In this document: piece after piece, positions 1 to 11,672 of the stretch
Layout: each line of letters opens with the position of its first letter
Position numbering within the stretch: the first letter of the stretch is position 1
From: Microthyrium microscopicum
Taxonomy: Eukaryota
DNA: 39,494 nt
Reading direction: 5' to 3'
NCBI GenBank assembly: GCA_010405405.1
Contig: MU004234.1
Span: 2,068,882-2,108,375 of the forward strand
Translations under genes and position numbers: made by a program
The notes under the pieces: generated by a model
Database searches by the model: none
What the model was told of the DNA's origin: nothing
What the model saw: the letters and a program-made list of their open reading frames with translations, nothing else

Positions 1-1573
1 AGCTAGTTATAAGGATTATAAATATATATATAACTTATAATAAATATAGTTATATTTAATACCTATTATAATTAGTAAATTTAAAGATTTTACTCTAAAT
101 ATAAATATATTTTACTTATAATACTAAATAAGAAGTACTATTACTACTAAGTTCTAAAGCTATTTAAAAGTCATAATAATATATAGATTAATATATACTA
201 GTATTTATAAATACTTAAATAATTAGATTTACTTACTTTAAATTAGTTTAATTACTATAGCTATATAACAAATAAACTAGTAAATAATTAGTTATAAACT
301 ATATATAGTACTTATAAAATAAAATTAAGTTATATAGTATATTTAAACTTTCTTATCTAGCTTTATATTTTAAATATAATAATATTATATATTTATAATA
401 AAAGATTTAATATAAAGTTAATTAAAGATAATTAAGATATAAAACTTATATAGCTAGAAGGAATATACTTCTAATTATATACTAATCTAAAAATAATAAT
501 AATACTACTACTTTACTAGCTTATATCCTAATAGAATAATAAAAGAAAGATTTTAGTAATTTTATTATTTTAAAATTTATAACTTAGTTTAGAAAGTAAT
601 ATAAATAGTAATTTATAAATATTTAAGTAGTATATAAAAGTAGAATTTTAGGGCTATCTAAAGCTATAGCTTTTATATCTTATTTATATTTCTAGTATTA
701 TTAACTAAATAAAGTATATATTAATTACTAATATTATAACTATAGAACTAGATCTAAATAAGACTAGTAACTACTATAGTAATATAGAGTTATATTTATT
801 AGTATATAAAAGATTAAAAAAACTAAATTTTAGTTATAATATAGCTTTCTAGTTAAGGTTTAAAAGTTTTAAAAATTTATAAAAATTTATAAAAACTTAA
901 TTCTACTATATATTATTAAGTACTAAATACTTTTAAAAACTAATAATAAAACTAGATTCCTTATAATCTAAGGATTCTAAAACTATATAGATTATACTAA
1001 AAAAAGTTATATTTAGTAAAGTTACTTATATATTTTATTCTTAATCTAATTAAATAATTTTCTTATATAACTTTAAGTTCTTAATAATATATTTTTAGGT
1101 TTAAAACTAGTAATTACTATTTTTAGCTCTAATTTATTTTTTTCTATACTTCTAATAATTCTGATAGTCTAATACTAGAATATTATTAAATTATATCTAT
1201 AATTAGACTATATAACTTACTTTTAAGCACTAAAATAAATAGTTAAATTCTTAAATATTAAATATCTTTAGAACTATAGCCTATATAATAAAACTAAGAT
1301 TAGCATTAGAATCCTTATAATTAGATAAATCTAATAATATAATTTTTAGCATATATTAGTAACTAGTATTAAATACTAGTTCTTACTAGTTTTTACTAGC
1401 TAATATACTAGCTAGTATACTAGCCTAGTATCTAATATTACTAAAAACTAGTTAATTATATAACTAGTTCTAGACTATCCTATTACTATTAAGTTCTAGT
1501 ACGCATTATAAAACACCAATTAAGTTCTAGTTTTAGCTAAAACTAGACTAGACTTACTAGGTTCGCAACCCTG
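1..1573. mobile_element. RIP-degraded repeat, probably a hAT-like DNA transposon relic whose terminus lies at ~1573
   Basis: Extremely AT-rich, TpA excess, almost no CpA/TpG or CpG, no ORFs. It ends abruptly in GTTCGCAACCCTG (reverse complement CAGGGTTGCGAAC, a TIR-like end), preceded by many CTAG units that could be mutated CCGG subterminal repeats. The RIP call is strong; the hAT call is tentative. Confidence 0.7.
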
Positions 1574-1780
1574 GTTTGAGCTTTTTGGCAAAAATGAAAG
1601 ACTCTGAAGACAAGATAACTTCGTCGACGATGCGTTTCTTGGTTTTGGTAGCGTCATACGTGACATGATTCTTTGGTAAGGAAGAGGCATGCTAGAATAT
1701 GTTAGCAAGACATTTTGAACCAATATAGTGTAATCAAAAAACTCATGGGAAGTATGCAGAATGGATATCCCGGTCTACCA

Positions 1781-3544
1781 CTACTTGTGGCAAGATGTAA
1801 AAATGTATCGCATAATGTGATGAGAGCATTTCATGACAAACGACCCATATAGCCTAGAATGAAGTAGTAGGGGGCTTTTTACCTGTGGTTGAGAAACATA
1901 TTCATCGAGAGGCGACTTCAATAGCAAATAGTCAATCTGTCGACGGGAGCGCTGTTGCGGTTGAGTAGGCGGTCGCCAGTTTGCGATCTCCAATGCAGTC
2001 ATAGCGTCGTACTGTTTGGGTATTAGACACGCCGTGGTACCCAGCTCTGGATTTTCGGCAGCGCTGAGTCGTCTTTGTTCTCCCGCCGCTGTGTCAACGA
2101 TAACGTTGCCAAGGATGTTCCGTATAGTAGGATCTTCATCTGTGTGGGCCGGTATCCAAAGGCAGTAAGTATCAATGCGTCGGAAAAATAAGTTGATGAC
2201 AAGTTGTCTGACTACCTTTGCTATTCCAGCTCTTCTCTTAGTAGTTTTGGCTCCAACGGGATCAACCAGCTGTTTCAGACTTGTCTCTGAGTCTGTCAGA
2301 ATGATGAGCTTGGTGTTTGGCTTACTTTGAACAAGTGACTTGATGTAGTAGCATGCAGTCGCAATTGCAAGCATTTCTGCCTCGTTACTTTCATATCCCC
2401 TTCCTCGCCATGCAATGACATTCCAGTCTGGGTGAGTTGGGTCGCAATAGGCTGTTTCGGAAGTTGCCCATCGATAAGCCACGGCAGCACCAATGGGCTT
2501 GACGACGTGTTGGTTCTGCGCGTTTCCACAGGAGCCATCGGTGTATACTAATAGAGCACTTTCGTTGATATCCTTTGATAGTATATATTCCAGAGTCGAA
2601 GCACCGCACCTGCTCAGTATAGCCGTCGTGGCCGGGAAAGTTTTTGAGGGAGGAGCGATGAAGCTCAAATCGCCACACGAGTTGCAGGTACATTCAGAAA
2701 TTTCTTTCTTGAAAGGGTATTTGTGACTAGGTACGAGACTCTCCATGACACTGCCAAACACGGCTTGGTTACTGTGATTTTGTATGCGGAGAGCGTTATC
2801 TGTCAATACCCGAGTTGGAAGGCTACTATACGCCCACTTGTCGACTGGTTTGGAAATAGTTTGGGTTGTTTTCGGAACTGGTGCCGAAGGAAAGTGAATC
2901 CTGAGCAGCTCATCGGGTATGCTAGGATCAGGAGACGGACAATACCAAGGGGGTGATTCCGATAGCAGTAGGATCGACGGTGGAGGTGGTGTCGATGGAC
3001 AAAGACGCGGAGGACTAACTGGAAGAGGGGAGAGAGGAGTTTCGGAGGGCACAATGGATGATGTATCAGTTTGAGGAGGAGAAGCACTTCCCGGAGGAGC
3101 AGGCGGCGGTGAGTATTCAGGAGGGGGAGGGGCAGGCGATAAAGGAGTTTCGAGAAGAACAACAGATGATGAATTGGCCTTGAGAGAAGGAGGGCTACCC
3201 GGAGGAAGTGGTGGTAGTGAGTATGAAGGATACTGCGATCGAGGAGAATCGAATGGCTGAACAGAGAAGGTAGTGGTCTGGAATGTAGGAAGAACTTCTG
3301 TCGGCGGAGAGTGAGGAGACTCAAGAGCATCACGGGTCTCTTCATCGGCTACAAGAGTGAAGACAGGCGGTGGCAGATTTTCAATAGAATGAGGAGGGGA
3401 GGAAGGCGATGCTAGAGAAGGAACCGATGGTAGAATTTCGACGCCATGCGCAACGACTGGTTGAAGCAACTGGAAATTGTTTGATTCTGATCTTTCTGAT
3501 TGAGTAGACACAGACGATGGCATGAGGCCATCATCAGTGGTCAT
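1781..3544 (-). CDS. Stand-alone RNase HI-family protein with long Pro/Ser-rich disordered N-terminus (copy 1)
   Basis: Open frame with first ATG at 3544 (MTTDDG). RNase HI motifs in order: YTDGS, NEAEMLAI, ILTDS, WIPAH, GNVIVD. No RT and no recognisable hybrid-binding domain. The 3' end could be spliced differently. Confidence 0.8.
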   Translation of the reverse strand: MTTDDGLMPSSVSTQSERSESNNFQLLQPVVAHGVEILPSVPSLASPSSPPHSIENLPPPVFTLVADEETRDALESPHSPPTEVLPTFQTTTFSVQPFDSPRSQYPSYSLPPLPPGSPPSLKANSSSVVLLETPLSPAPPPPEYSPPPAPPGSASPPQTDTSSIVPSETPLSPLPVSPPRLCPSTPPPPSILLLSESPPWYCPSPDPSIPDELLRIHFPSAPVPKTTQTISKPVDKWAYSSLPTRVLTDNALRIQNHSNQAVFGSVMESLVPSHKYPFKKEISECTCNSCGDLSFIAPPSKTFPATTAILSRCGASTLEYILSKDINESALLVYTDGSCGNAQNQHVVKPIGAAVAYRWATSETAYCDPTHPDWNVIAWRGRGYESNEAEMLAIATACYYIKSLVQSKPNTKLIILTDSETSLKQLVDPVGAKTTKRRAGIAKVVRQLVINLFFRRIDTYCLWIPAHTDEDPTIRNILGNVIVDTAAGEQRRLSAAENPELGTTACLIPKQYDAMTALEIANWRPPTQPQQRSRRQIDYLLLKSPLDEYVSQPQVKSPLLLHSRLYGSFVMKCSHHIMRYIFTSCHK

Positions 3545-4670
3545 GGTCACTTGCAGATGGCGGTGACAAGAGAACGTAATGGACAGCAAAAGGACGGTAT
3601 GGTGGGCTTCAGAACAAAATCATGGATTTTTCCGAGCTTGGGGTGGGCATGAAAGCTGTATGGCAGAATTTTGCATCATACCTGCAATTTGTGGGAGTTG
3701 ATTCCATCCTGCTTCAACAGGAAAGAGTAGATCTAAGAATGGCAGGAGCGATACTAGTGCGAAATTACTAATGCCTCGCTTCTTGCCGTCTCGAACGAAC
3801 TGATCTTCAGTGCTACCCAAAGAACTCTCAAATTTGATTGTTTGTGAGTATAATCTTCCGAGTATCTACTCAACCAGAGTCAACTAAGTCTCGGACTCTG
3901 TTGGGCCAGGAATGGCAATTGGATGCCATATACGAGACCTCAGGGAAATATTTTGCGATCTATCAAAGCACAATCGGATAGAACTTCTCCTTGAAAAGTA
4001 CTCAGGGGACGGGGTGCCTCTGCAGATAGAGAAAGTGTATTGACTGAATGGCCAACGATCGAGATCTTACTGTGATGTGACATGGATACTTAAGGTACAC
4101 TGTTGACCGAAACAATCGCCAAAATACAAACCCGTGAGACTTGAAATCCGAACTCATCGCCCAAGCGAGAGCTGACTGGCGGCAGGAAGTTATTTGATAT
4201 CGCATCGATAACAAACCATAGTAGTGCATGGATCGAACAAGGCCGCTTTTAGAAATTCAAAATTGACATCCAGCTGCAATGTTGTTAGCAAGTCCCTGGG
4301 AGAGTACTGCGCGTGCCTATTTGAAGGATATCTGGCATGCTTCATTATGCGGACAAAAGACTGCCTCCCGTCTCACCACCCGCTAAAATGCTAGACACCG
4401 CAGATGTGAGCTTGTGGTTGATATTGCTACAGCGAAGCCCCAACACTACACGATATAGAAGTCCAGAGGCCGTCGCACTTATATTGACCCTGCTGCTGCC
4501 CCTGAACATCTCCCGGCGCATCAGCCGCAACTTTAAATTGAATATTGATTAAGCGTATACGGAGTCAGCACCTATCTCCAACTTCACTTGAATCTCGTCC
4601 GCGCCAATAACACATCTTTACACTCACAGATCAACCACATCTTCAACTAACCCATACTCCGAACCAAAAA

Positions 4671-5135
4671 ATGTTTATCCTCCCCATCACCCTCCTCGCC
4701 CTCAGCGTTGCCGCCACTCCTCTGTCCAACAAGCCCTACTGCCCACCACAGTCAGCAACCCCCGCCGAGCAAACAACCATATTTAACGAATTCATCAACA
4801 CCTTCATAAACAAGGGCGCAGTCATCAAAGCTCTAGAAGTGCACGCCGCAGACACATACATCCAGCACAATCCGTCTGCGCTCTCTGGAAAAGAAGCGAC
4901 AATCAACTTCTTCAAAAGCATGCCCCCTGGCGCAAAAACAACACGTGAAATCATCAATCAAGGCTTTGGTGGGAACAATACGGGCTTTGTGCATTATAAG
5001 ATGCAAAGGGGGGAAGGGAAGTGGACAGCGGTAGTTGATGTTTATAGGATGGAGGGGACTTGTGTTGTGGAGCATTGGGATGTTATGCAGGAGAAGCCGG
5101 CGGGGGCGAAAAATCCTTTGGCTATGTGGTCATAA
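4671..5135 (+). CDS. Secreted SnoaL-like / NTF2-fold protein
   Basis: Signal peptide MFILPITLLALSVAA; YIQHNP and VVEHWDV motifs typical of the SnoaL-like family; single exon. Confidence 0.85.
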   Translation: MFILPITLLALSVAATPLSNKPYCPPQSATPAEQTTIFNEFINTFINKGAVIKALEVHAADTYIQHNPSALSGKEATINFFKSMPPGAKTTREIINQGFGGNNTGFVHYKMQRGEGKWTAVVDVYRMEGTCVVEHWDVMQEKPAGAKNPLAMWS

Positions 5136-5294
5136 AGAAGGGTAATCACATAGCGAGGTGGACAGATAGATACCTGCGCAGGAACGGAGTATTGCGATGG
5201 TAATATACAATTTTTGAATCAACTAATCCTATGCTATGTATGTACCGCCGTGAAGAAAAGGGAATGCAATCGATGTTGGACTTGAAGTCGCCAT

Positions 5295-5871
5295 TTATGT
5301 GGAGAAAGCCTGGATACCTGAGAAACGTTAGAACAGATGTCTAAAGAGATGATTGGTATGACTTACCCATATCGAAAGCAGCGCTGATCTGGCCAGTCTG
5401 TTGAGTAGCGATGTTCTGGGCAAGAGCCGGAACCTTGGACACAACAGCCATAGCAAAGCTATTAGCCGCAGTCTTCTGCTGCATCAATCCCTGAACAACC
5501 ATGTCCTTAGCACCAGGAATCATGTTGATCTGCGCCTTCTTCGCCGTCAAATCCATGACAGTTGTCATGACCTGGGTGGTCAGACCGCCAGCTGTCTGCT
5601 GCAGTGTGATGGCGTCGTTGAGGGAGATGGCGTCAGTGGCCATGACCATGGTGGTGGATTGTTGGAGCGTTTGTTGAACCATCATGTTGTCGGTCTGGAT
5701 CTTTTGCACGTCACCGGGTTGGCCGGAGATGGTCTTGATGTCGGTGTCGAGTTGCATGACGGACTTTTGGATGTTGCCGAGGGCGCCGTTGATGGTTTGG
5801 AGATCGCGGCGGACTGGGCCAGCGAGGGCGGTGCCGAAGAGGGCGAGGGAGAGGATTGCTGTGAGCTGCAT
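5295..5871 (-). CDS. HsbA (hydrophobic surface binding protein A) / cell-wall mannoprotein-like secreted protein
   Basis: ATG 5871, signal peptide plus Kex2-like RR, amphipathic helical body ending in VVSKVP...AQ. Intron 5366-5318 (GTAAGT...CTAAC...CAG) gives C-terminus DMGIQAFST*. Probable 5'UTR intron at ~5960-5907. Confidence 0.8.
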
Positions 5872-7316
5872 GTTGATGATTTGTAATAAAAAGTATTGAA
5901 ATAATACTACCGGAATGTTAGCTGTGTATCGTGGACTCGTCACCAGAAGGCTGGACTTACAAAATATAGAATGAAATAGCAGCCGGTGCTAGTAATGAAT
6001 ATTAGAGTAGTGAAAGTGAGTTGAGCTGTTCTCAATTCAATTAGGATTTAGAGCCATTTTATGTTGTTGCAATGATGTGAACCCGATCCTCATGTCAGAC
6101 GAAATGGTATGTTTGAGAAGGTTCTTGGCTCGCAATGCCATTCGCCCCATGTCAAGCGACGGCCGAAAGGTATGGAAACAGAACGAAGAAGGTTCTTTCA
6201 AATGTGCCGTCATCCAGTTTCTTCACTCCAAAGCGTTTCCATTGAAACTTGCTAGTGGGCTTTGGAACGTTCCTTCGGCCGGTGGAGTTCCTGGTCAGTC
6301 AACCTGATGGGCTTAGGGAATTGGCGATCATGATCGAAATTCTCGGCTCAAGATAGTGAACTCGTTGGCTGAAAGGGCTTTCAGAGCCACATGTACAAGT
6401 CGGTAGAGGTGTGGAGGCTCTGAATCCAAATTATATCCCCTGTGACTACATTGCATGATTTGGTGATCTCTAAATGGTGCAATAAGGTAGTGGCGGATGT
6501 TTTTTACGGAAGCACAAGGAAATCTTAAACAATACAACAAACTTCTGACCCCACGGAGCCTTAACACGGCTGTGAAGTAGACTTTGGCGCAAGCGGTAAG
6601 CACAGTTGATACATTGTCGTTCTCACAGTCAGGGTCATGCCAAACCAAGCGCCGAGAAGTTCAAAGTCAAGTAGGGGCTCCTCTGGTCCTTGAAATGACC
6701 ACTTAGTGGACGCATGATTATTTTGCGTCCTGTAACAAGTTGTTTTTGTGAGGATATACTTTGCTGCACGGTAGTCTGTGCTGCTTTCACTTGCATTGGT
6801 CGGCCACAACCTGAAACTAGGGAGAGCAAACCAGGCGCGGTCTCAGCCTTGCAGCCTCTCAGGGCTTTGGCATAACTTGGCCGCCATGGTTTTTCTTGGA
6901 CAACAGAAACTGCAGCGTCTACTACACTTACAGTGCCTACGGCCGTCACTAAGTTCATGCTGATTTTGCATAAACACTGGGTCTTTCTATATCCAGGCAG
7001 TTGTTGCTAGTCGAGCGGCGCATTAGTTGACAATGAATGCAAATATCATGTTGTTATAAAGGACGGCACACAATGATCACTTTCATTTGAGCATGAGGCA
7101 GAGAATCGAAAATAGCTCCACAAAGGTACATTGCGTTATTTTACTGGTTCGCAAAAAAAGCTGGGAGACTGGAAATGATAAAATCTGGCTCGAAGCAGCA
7201 AGGAACTTGAGCTTTTATTGTGCGCAGCCATTGATTCACCTGCCAGCACAAAGCAATTATCGCCGCAAAGATAGTTCTAAGGGTTACATGCATTAGTTTA
7301 CCCAAAAAAAATTATT

Positions 7317-7404
7317 TGACCACCCAGAATTTGACCTCCTGCGCAGGTTGGGGCGTCTTGAGAGGCATACGCCAAATCGGATTGCAGTTGACTTGGCTTG
7401 TTTC
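7317..7404 (-). pseudogene. Degenerate tRNA-like element (copy B)
   Basis: Aligns by eye with 8341-8429 (CCAAGTCAACTGCAATCCGATTTGGCGTA vs CCTAGTCGACAATCCAATGCGTA). Central GGCGT/ACGCC hairpin, ends TGGTCA, followed by T8. Acceptor pairing is lost. Confidence 0.35.
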
Positions 7405-8340
7405 AAGTTCAAATCCATCGTTGTTGTGTGATAAATCAATCCCACCCTCAATTCCCTTACGCTTATAATGGCCAAAAGCATATTGACAAAGAATCAAATA
7501 TTTACAACACCCTTCCAGAAATAATCCTTTGTTCCTCAAATACACTGATTGCTCTGCCAACTTTGGCTGATCTCTCTTGAAAATCTACAATATTATTGGA
7601 TCTGTGCTTACCGTTACATCTTGCTTGCGCATCTTATTGGCTGTCAACGATCTTGGCAGTACCAGAACTCGTCTTTGTGATAAAGACCCGATCGTTCTAT
7701 GGACTAACGATGCGCCAAAGCGTTGTTACTGAGTCGCCGGATGAGCATAGGTTTGCTACTGATAAGATCTTTGGGCTGTCGAGAGCGCCCTTTACTTTCA
7801 CAAGGTCGAAGAGATAGGTAGTCCAGAAATTTATTGGAACTACGGGTTTTAGCGTGTACTGGGGCCCTTGCATTCGTGTCAATGGATGAGCAAGACTATT
7901 CCAGGCCGCGATATTTGACGCAAAGTTAGTGGTTCGTCTATTCGTATTGGTAATAATCTTTCGCGCCTTAAACAAGCCTCAGTGCGCGATGTTAATCACC
8001 AATTTTGATCACTAGGAAAATAACTACAAGTAGATTTCATAGTTATACAGGAAGGCAAAGTTAGAGTTACAACTCTTTGAACCGTGATACGCGTAGTTAC
8101 CTACAGGCTATTTTTGAATATCAAAACTTACAAGCCCTTTCCGGGACATTTATGCTAACAGTTGTAAGAGGACGAGACGAGGGTTTGATATCATGGCAGC
8201 TTGCCTTTTGATGTCGATTTTACATGCTCGAACAGCGCCCACAACCATTGTAACCTGCGGCAAAAAAACCATCCTGACATGGCGAGAGACTACAAAAGTA
8301 ATTGCCATTTTAGTCGACAAAAAAAAAAAAAAATAGATAT

Positions 8341-8429
8341 TGACCATCGGGGTAATTGAACCCCCAAAGATCAGCCGGCGAGGCACCGTAGTGCACTCTA
8401 CGCATTGGATTGTCGACTAGGTGACGGTC
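8341..8429 (-). ncRNA. tRNA-like element or tRNA pseudogene (copy A)
   Basis: 7-bp acceptor-like stem GACCGTC/GATGGTC plus discriminator A, T-arm GGGGG-TTCAATT-ACCCC at canonical spacing, T15 run 7 nt downstream. No canonical D arm or anticodon arm. Confidence 0.5.
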
Positions 8430-8439
8430 TAACTATTTC

Positions 8440-8484
8440 TGGACTGGCGGTAATTTATCACATGCTGTTTTTGGACTGGCGGTA
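8440..8484. repeat. 13-bp direct repeat TGGACTGGCGGTA x2 (32-bp period)
   Basis: Exact copies at 8440-8452 and 8472-8484, immediately upstream of tRNA-like copy A. Confidence 0.85.
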
Positions 8485-9704
8485 TTTTTTATGAGGTACT
8501 TTTGTCGTGCATTTTGCTCACCCTCAATGCTCCGACACTGATAGGTTTGATGGTCAAACAAATATTGACGAACAATTGAATATATAGCAAATGAACCTTC
8601 CATATTTCAGTTTTTTCAAGTCCATCACCGGCATTACATCAAGCTTACACCACACACGACATCGAGTAAACAATCGCTAAAAGTTTTTATTTCCTTGGTT
8701 CCGCTAGAATAAGTCAACTCTCTGTAAATAGCAAAACTTCAAGACAATTTCCGAATGTTCAAAGATCAGACGTAGACTTCGCATACCTAGATACGTATTC
8801 GTCTATCTGCATTATGGGCTACCAGTACACGACAGAAACTAAAAAGTAAAACAAAACAGAAACTCCAACAGACATCTTGGAGAGATCCGGGCTTTGCGGG
8901 AGCGAAGCTGGCATACGCTCTGAGGCGAGCATAGAACACTAAAGAAGAAGGTCTCAAGTCAGCGCGCCATTTGAAACACTACAACTTGACCCTTGGACAG
9001 CCCAAAGTTACCAAAAAACGATCGTTGATATCGTTGCTTACCGCGTAGAAGTCCTGAGCATTCGCCGTAATACAATCGGTTTATCCATCAGGCAAGACAT
9101 TCGATAATGAAATCGAAGCGGACAGCCTTCAAGTACTAAGTATCGATTACGCGGCGAAAAGCCATGACGAGCACCAGTGTTTCATGGTATCACTATCAGC
9201 ATCAGCTTTGGGCTTTGAGGTTTTATTTGTACATAACTATATGATACAACAAGCAGCGGGCAGACTCGAGCTCGACAAAAACAAGTGACTCCTGTTCATA
9301 TTTTTCATGAAGTACGTTCAATCCTTGGATAAACCTCGATCATTCATTATGTCAAGTTGCCGAGTCCCACAAGCAGACAGATTGCCATTCTTGTGTAGCA
9401 TCTAGCAAGGCGGTGCTGGCTGAATATACTATTGCAAGCTAGCCATCGAGTCCAAAATGATCATTATGTTGTGAAAGGCGACCAGTCGAAGCAAAACAAG
9501 AGCTTTATATATTACAGGTAGAGAGAAAGCATCGCTTTTGGTTGAATGTGACTGCATGGGGTGCCCCTTCAAAGCAAGATAAGTATGGCAGTCTTGAGAA
9601 CTGGGACTAAAACTGATTACTGCAATGCCAAAGATAGATAGACCATTATGAAGTAGTTGTTGAAAGACCCTGAGGTCCTTCGGTCGACTATACTATCTGG
9701 TTGA

Positions 9705-11672
9705 TTATCGATAGTTTCGCTGCGCCCATTTGGCTGATTGGAGCCTCATTTTTGTTTTGGACAAAGCTAGAGACGAATTTCCAGCGTAGCGGGGCTTGTG
9801 CTTTGGGAATCTAGCCGGCTTCTTAATTGTAGCTGACGAGCGTGAAGAGGGTTCCTTTGGTGGAGAATCATATCGCTCTCGCTTTCGCTTCTCGTCTGCA
9901 TCTATATACGCCTGCCAAGGTAAGGGGCTGTCCAGTTCCTTCATCTTGGCTTTTGAAATCTCGTCCGCGATAACGCTTCCAATAATGACGAAACGCTTCA
10001 ATTCTTCACATTTCTCTGGATGGCCTGGTATCCAGTGCGCGTTTACTACGACGTTGCGATTGTAAAGCTCGGTCATTAGCTCGGTGATACGCTCTGCATA
10101 AAAATCTCGCTGTCGGCTACGTTTCATTGTTCCCGGATCGGCTCCAAGGAATCTCAAAGCATTATCGGAATCAGTGAACAGGACAACCACACCGCCTGGT
10201 TTGACGTTTTTGGAAACCATTTGGAGAGCCCGAAAAATTGCAAAGACCTCTGCATCGTTGATGTCATAACCAGGAAAGTTTTCGGCCTGACGTTGCCAGC
10301 TGGTATGTGTTTTGTCGCGATGGGCTTTAGGATCCTCTGCCACACGATACGCAACTCCAACTCCCAGTGCTTTTAAGCTCCTACTAAACATCATGCGGGT
10401 TACATGGCTCGCCGACCCATCCGGATATAACAAGTGCAGTGCTGTATCTTTCAGGCGTGACAAACTTCTCTCGCAAGCAATGGCATCTTCTGGCTCCAAA
10501 ATGGTAATCGTCCTAGGGAAACGCTTATTGGGGCGGGAAAAGAAACGAGCATTGCTGGCATGCGGCGGCGAATGACCTTCAGCGAGCGCCCAAGGTATGG
10601 TGTCAGTATAGCTATCCAGATGGGCATCGGCAGATACCGATCGCGAGCCTCGCTTGCAAGCTCCTCTGCTAAGTGGCGCCGGCAAAGTCTGAAAGTCAGG
10701 AAATGGTAGTGACGAAGATAGCGCCTGGGTGGGCGCGGGTGGATCTTGGTGGTTCGTCGCTTGCGCTTGCTGCAGAGTAATAACGTCCTCCCCATTTGTG
10801 GTAGGCATGGGCTTGACGGCTTCATCGCTTGCAAGTAACGTAGTATGCAGTTCAGAAGACCCTGACTGGAAGGAAGAGACATCGCTATCAACCTCGGCAA
10901 GCCCAGTAGTGTCGCCTTCCAGAGGAAGGACGGGGAATAGATCTGATGGTGAAGCTCGATTAAGCTCTTTAGGGAAATCAGTGCCATGAGAAATTGCAGT
11001 AATCTTTCTTGATACTGCGGCTTCTGGACGAATTGTTTGCACTGTACCTTCCTCGAGGCTGAAAGTGCCAGTGTCAGCGATCGATTCAGGGGGGTGCGGG
11101 GCCTCATTGATGGTTGACAGCTGTGAGCCATCGCGACTTGAGCGGAGAGTGTCGTCTGAGTTAGCTCCATCAATGTCAATATCCACGGATGGCATAATCT
11201 TGCCACTGATGCTTGGCAGCTCTAGGTCATTGGAAGTTGGACGCAAAGAACGGTGTTTGTCGATTCCGGAATCGGGAATTGCGTTGTCTGCATCAAGCAG
11301 GTTGGGAATCTGTTTTCAAAGTTAGATATCGCGCAGCGAGTCGTCGTCTCAACGTACGTTCGCGCAGGTTGTATCAAGCGGATACGGCAGAAGTATTGAG
11401 TCAATTTGGCTTATAGCCAGCAATAGAGATGCCTCGTCGCTGCTCACATTTGCGGCCGATGAATGATTTGGAGACGGTTGTGGCAACGAGTCTGCATTGG
11501 AAGAATCCAGTAGTTGAAATACGTTGTGGTTATCTGCTTTCTTGGGACGGGTCATTTCAGCGTGAACAAGTGGCTGAACCGCGTCTCGTGAGGCAATCTT
11601 TCGAGGCGAGTCGATGTCATTGCTGAGTGTAGTAGAGACCGCCACTGGCACGAGGACAGCGGCGGTGGCCAT
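9705..11672 (-). CDS. Stand-alone RNase HI-family protein with long disordered N-terminus and basic tail (copy 2), ~639 aa
   Basis: Exon 11672-11358, intron 11357-11310 (GTACGT...CTAAC...CAG), exon 11309-9705 joins two listed ORFs in frame. Motifs YPDGS, NDAEVFAI, LFTDS, WIPGH, GSVIAD. Confidence 0.8.

Noticed and set aside
6077..8386. Short ORFs of 60-107 aa in this interval
   Set aside because: No recognisable motifs, signal peptides or consistent splice model; many use non-ATG starts.
10451..11206. 251-aa alternative-frame ORF, and similar antisense or overlapping ORFs inside genes (e.g. 2803-3345, 5401-5886, 35785-36309)
   Set aside because: Shadow ORFs of real coding sequence, with no independent features.
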